This document shows positions 59,661 to 64,000 of a stretch of 64,000 nucleotides of DNA, in pieces. The DNA is taken from the NCBI GenBank assembly GCA_964016885.1, contig OZ024740.1, positions 359,600,001-359,664,000 on the forward strand, read 5' to 3'. The notes under the pieces were generated by a model. That model worked only from the letters and a program-made list of their open reading frames with translations. It was not told where the DNA came from and searched no databases. This DNA is from Eledone cirrhosa (taxonomy: Eukaryota). Within the stretch, counting starts at the first letter, position 1; every line of letters begins with the position of its first letter. The translations under genes were made by a program, and so were the position numbers.

Positions 59661-61034
59661 CTGGGATCGATATGCATGCATGGCCTCGTAACTTCTGAGT
59701 GAGTCGTAGGGCGCCCACCGTATTCGACATACGGCGTTCTAGAACATTTTAAAACCTGGTGGAACCCATCTCCTATCGAGGTCTGAATACCATAGAATTC
59801 TTCCAGAGAAGGATAGAGCGTGAGAAAATGAAAATGAGAAAGAGATATAGAGGAAGAATCGTCCCCAATACTTGACTGGTACTTTTTTTATCGACCTCGG
59901 ATTGATGACAGCCAAAGTTGACCTGGAGTCGATATAATTGACTAAATCAATGCTGTGTCCCAGCATGGCCGCGGTATACTGACTGAAACAAGTAAAAGCG
60001 TATAAAAGACAATTTGTTCCAGAACATTATCTTGAGAATAATTTATGTGTAGCATACACTCTGGTAGCTTGTTGCACATCTCTGTGTATTCAAGAAATAA
60101 ATAACTACACTGCCTTTGAGTGTGTGTCTGTGAAACATATACATATACACCAGGTCCGAACATAAAAGAACTCCCACTGTCACTGCCTCCGTCTTTCCCA
60201 CTCTCCCCATATCTCACTATTATGAGCAAATGGAGGCCCACGCGCTGGCCGCCTCGTGGCTCGTGCAGACGGAATAGAGAAGACGTTTCTCCGGAAGAGC
60301 TATTGCAGCTCGCGAGTCTCACACCTGCGGGTAGACAACACTGTGTTGATAGTGGTGAGTAGGGAGGTAACCCTAGGGCCAAGGGCACCAGAAGTCTCTA
60401 CTGCTACGCGCTCTATCGCAAACCTGTCGGAGAAGAACCTATATTTGGTGAGTTTACTCTCCGCGACCCGAAGTACAGCAGAGCTTTGGTTAGTCACTGT
60501 GTTTTTTGTTTGTTTGTTTTTGTTTGTCATTGTTTTTTTAAATTTTATCTGCATTCTTCGTGATCATTGTTAGTCAACGGAGAAAAATCACTAAACCGAC
60601 CATCACCTATTTCCATTCAGCGAATAAAATCTAATTTCTCTTTCTAACATTATGATGGCTCAGTGTAATTTCATGACAACTAGAACACTTAGATTCATTA
60701 ATTTCTTATTACTTGACACAGCTGTTCTTTTTAGTTTTAGTTTTATTATTAGTCAATAACTTCACAAAAAGATGGTAAAATACCTGATGCGAAAACAAAC
60801 ACTTGGAGATAGGAACAAACAAATAAACAAACACTTGATTTTATGACAATTAAATTTTCAGAGATGTCATTTAAAACAAATAAATAACACTTCTAATAAA
60901 TGAATGAATAACGACTTTTCTAGTTAGGACATAAGTTGTTACGGCATAAATAAGAAACGTCACTAAAAATCAAAGGATATAGGATACATTCTTCATATAG
61001 AATGCAAAGAAAACGAAAAGATCATGTATATATA

Positions 61035-61126
<92 letters not shown>

Positions 61127-61149
61127 CAAGTATTGCGCCAAGAAAAATA

Positions 61150-62810
61150 AAAAGTCGGCGTGAAGAGATTATGAATTATGTTTCAGTATCTATTATAAAT
61201 TGTCTACATATGCTGACTACAATATATATTGTTCAATCATATGCAATACTTAATTATTTATTACACTTCATCAGAAAGCCTATAGTAGTGGAATTCAACT
61301 ATTCACTACGCGGTAGAATTCAGTAATGGGATTTTCGTTTAAGAAAATGTAAATAAATTAAAAATAGAATGAAATACTGTCAGTTAGTGTGATAGTAGAG
61401 AGGAGAGGGAGTGGGGGTAAAGAGTTTCACACTATCAATCTGTGTGCTGTGATGTGGAACAATTATTCCTTGACTGTTGGTATAGGTAAAGGATTTGATG
61501 TTTACCATATATGAGGGTAACGAACGTATAAATAGAGGGACAGAGAAAGAGAGGATAGAGATTAAGAGTGGGAAAGGGGGAAAGGAATTAAGAAAATTGG
61601 ATTGTTTTGAATATTACCGAATCCATTTATTAAATAGGATATTGTAAAACCTAGGTATTAGGGATCGAATCTTGTTCTAGTCCAGTTTGTATTTTTAGAA
61701 CCTTGTGTTTGCAATTAAATATCCTATCGTGCCGGGAATTTAGAAGGTCCTTTCTGGTCGCTATTTCAATTACCTCTGCCAGACATAATTCACAGGGGTG
61801 TCTTTCATTCCGGTATGGACGGGCAAATTTTAGCACAGACCATTGTAGTGTGTATTCAATATTAGCGCGTTTCAGATCCCAGATTTTTTTCGCCAAGGCC
61901 GTAGATCTAGCTAAACTGGGGGTTTTAAACGTGTGGGTGTGCACATACCATCTTTTCTTGAAAACATTCGAAGTGAAACCCACATATTTATATATCCCCA
62001 GTTTATATTTTACCACACATTGATAAATGTTATTTTTGTATAAGCATTTGCCCGATAGAGGACAATTGCTGGGATTTCTGCAGTTGCAGTTTGTCCGTGT
62101 ATAGTGTGTGGTTTCTTCCCTGGTTCCTGTGTTGAGGGTGTTTTTCCAGGTATTTTGTTGTTGCTCCGGATATGCGCGTAAAGTGGAAAAGACGTTTGTA
62201 TTTGCCGGTGTCGGTCTGGTCAGTGTTGAAAGCTGCGGATGTTGTTGAAAGTTCAGATTATGTCCGGATTTCCGTTGGCTGTTGGTATTGCCATACCTGC
62301 AAAGGCATTTGTTATTCAATTTCATGATTGCCCAGGTTAGTTGTGGTGTAAGAGGATAGCGGGATCGTGCCTCTATTTAGTATTCTATGGAATTTATGTG
62401 TAGGAGGAAAGTGTTCGTCTATAAGTTTAAAGAAGAGATAGGATAGCTTGGTAGTTACCAGATCGTAATGCGGGGGATTATACCATAGGTATGATTTTGT
62501 TGTTTTCTTATTTGCAGTATTATTATTTGTCTCGCCACTGTGGGGCTTTGAGCCGCTTGTATATTTTGCGTGGTATGCTTGTGATGTTTTCCTATTCGTG
62601 TAGTTGGACTTTTCCCCGCATGGTGTATCTGGAAGAAATTTCAGTGGTTCATCAATACCGGCCCTAAGTAGAGCAGCGTTGTAGTAATCCGCGTGTGTGT
62701 TAAAAGCGGATTCAGAGGCAGACAATCTGGAGATTCTAACGGATACATTTTTAACAATGGAGCTAGTGATAGTCCTAGGATGGTTAGACCAACGATTAAC
62801 ATAGTTTAAG
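61150..62810 (-). mobile_element. Penelope-like element (RT thumb/linker, GIY-YIG, 3' region)
   Basis: [30 protein letters not shown]...IYQCVV...YVGFT...FKKRW...CELCLAE...CKH; one frameshift; microsatellites at both ends. Confidence 0.9.
61180..61274 (-). ncRNA. Hammerhead core with ~80-nt stem II; stems I and III not recoverable
   Basis: CUGAUGA-AGUGU...GCAUAUG..ACAAUAU|AUAUUGU..CAUAUGU...AUACU-GAAAC downstream of the Penelope ORF. Confidence 0.5.
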
Positions 62811-62822
62811 TTATATATATAT

Positions 62823-62975
<153 letters not shown>

Positions 62976-62989
62976 CTTCATTTATATAT

Positions 62990-63270
62990 ATTTCGTTTCT
63001 GAATTTGTTTAGCAAGATTCTTTATCTGAAAACGTGTGTTGAAACCGATATTGTTATACTTTGGGAGGGTCATGTCAATAAGAAACACACGCACCAGTTG
63101 CTTTCACTCCAATTTATTATAAATTAAATTATAAATTAAAAAATTTATAAATTTCCGGTTGGTTGGTTGGTTCCACAACTGGACGGTTGTTCATATATTG
63201 TCAAAGTTCTTTCGTCGCACATTCTGTGACCTCTTCAGTGAGTGGGATTCTTTTCTTTGTTTTGTGCCTC
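62990..63270 (-). mobile_element. Penelope pseudo-LTR copy abutting (TA)n
   Basis: Closely matches 38823-38902 and the reverse complement of 39055-39290. Confidence 0.8.
63200..63242 (-). ncRNA. Minimal type I hammerhead ribozyme
   Basis: (C)UCA-CUGAAGA-G-GUCACA-gaaug-UGCGAC-GAAAG-aa-CUU-UGAC. Confidence 0.72.
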
Positions 63271-63273
63271 TCC

Positions 63274-64000
63274 TATTGCTATCATACTATGAGTTTATTC
63301 TATTAACCTTATTCCTAGTTCTTTCTATTCTATTCCAAAATTTGCTCCACCGTATGCAGTTCTCTGGTTACAATCAGAGAGATAAAATCAGAGTATATAA
63401 AGGAGCCAGAACCAAATGGGAAAAAATGGGAAATAATGATTCAAATGGGACCTGCCCCTTGTATGGGAGCAAATTTTGGAATAGAATAGAACGAACTAGG
63501 AATAAGGTTAATAGAATAAACTCATGGTATGGTAGCAATAAATACCAGAGTGTAATGTTCATCAATACAACCCCTAGAAGTGAATTAGCTTACGCATTTA
63601 GAAGGGCCCTAGATAAACTTAAACTAAATATAAAGATAGTAGAAAGACCAGGTACCTCCATAAAAACACTTATTAGTAATACATACCCTTTTCAAAGACC
63701 TCCCTGTATAGATAAGAAATGCATAATCTGTAAACTAAGCCCCCATATTAACTGTAAAACATAGTATATAGCATAAGATGTACTGAAGGTCAATGTAAAG
63801 ATAAGAATATAGTGTACATAGGAGAACGGTTAAATGAACACTGGCGAGAGCTTCAAGATAGAAAAGAGTCACCAGTACTCCACCAACATGCTAAAATAGA
63901 ACATAAGGTCAAATTAGAGAACATAGAAATAAAAATAAAATCTACACACAGAAAAGACGCAATGTTTAGACAAATCACAGAGGCAATAAACATAAATGAA
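63274..64000 (+). mobile_element. Second Penelope-like element fragment with 5' inversion, running off the window
   Basis: MQFSGYN...VMFINTTPRSELA...IKIVERPG...CIDKKCIIC...YSIRC...YIGE...RQITEAINI; 63275-63348 is an inverted copy of 63466-63540. Confidence 0.82.

Overview
AT-rich, repeat-dense eukaryotic DNA, most likely from an octopod cephalopod (inferred from the recurrent tRNA-derived SINE family and the microsatellite load). The only clear host gene is the 5' end of inositol-3-phosphate synthase (ISYNA1), with two coding exons on the minus strand at 13950-14621; no further exon was found in the window. The rest is mostly transposable-element debris: CR1, Tx1/L1, CRE, RTE and Penelope-like retroelements, Gypsy/CsRn1 LTR elements, hAT and mariner elements, a Helitron, SINEs and satellites. 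Two structures stand out. (1) A 1.9-kb foldback element (16569-18485, 8-bp target-site duplication, GGCGA termini) carries a captured first coding exon of the E3 ligase RMND5 in both of its ~785-bp inverted arms. (2) About eleven hammerhead ribozyme motifs of several families sit in Penelope-type terminal repeats, often as inverted or palindromic cassettes next to (TA)n tracts, and include a long-stem-II CCGAUGA variant. All calls come from reading the sequence by eye; no searches or folding were run, and boundaries of decayed elements are approximate.
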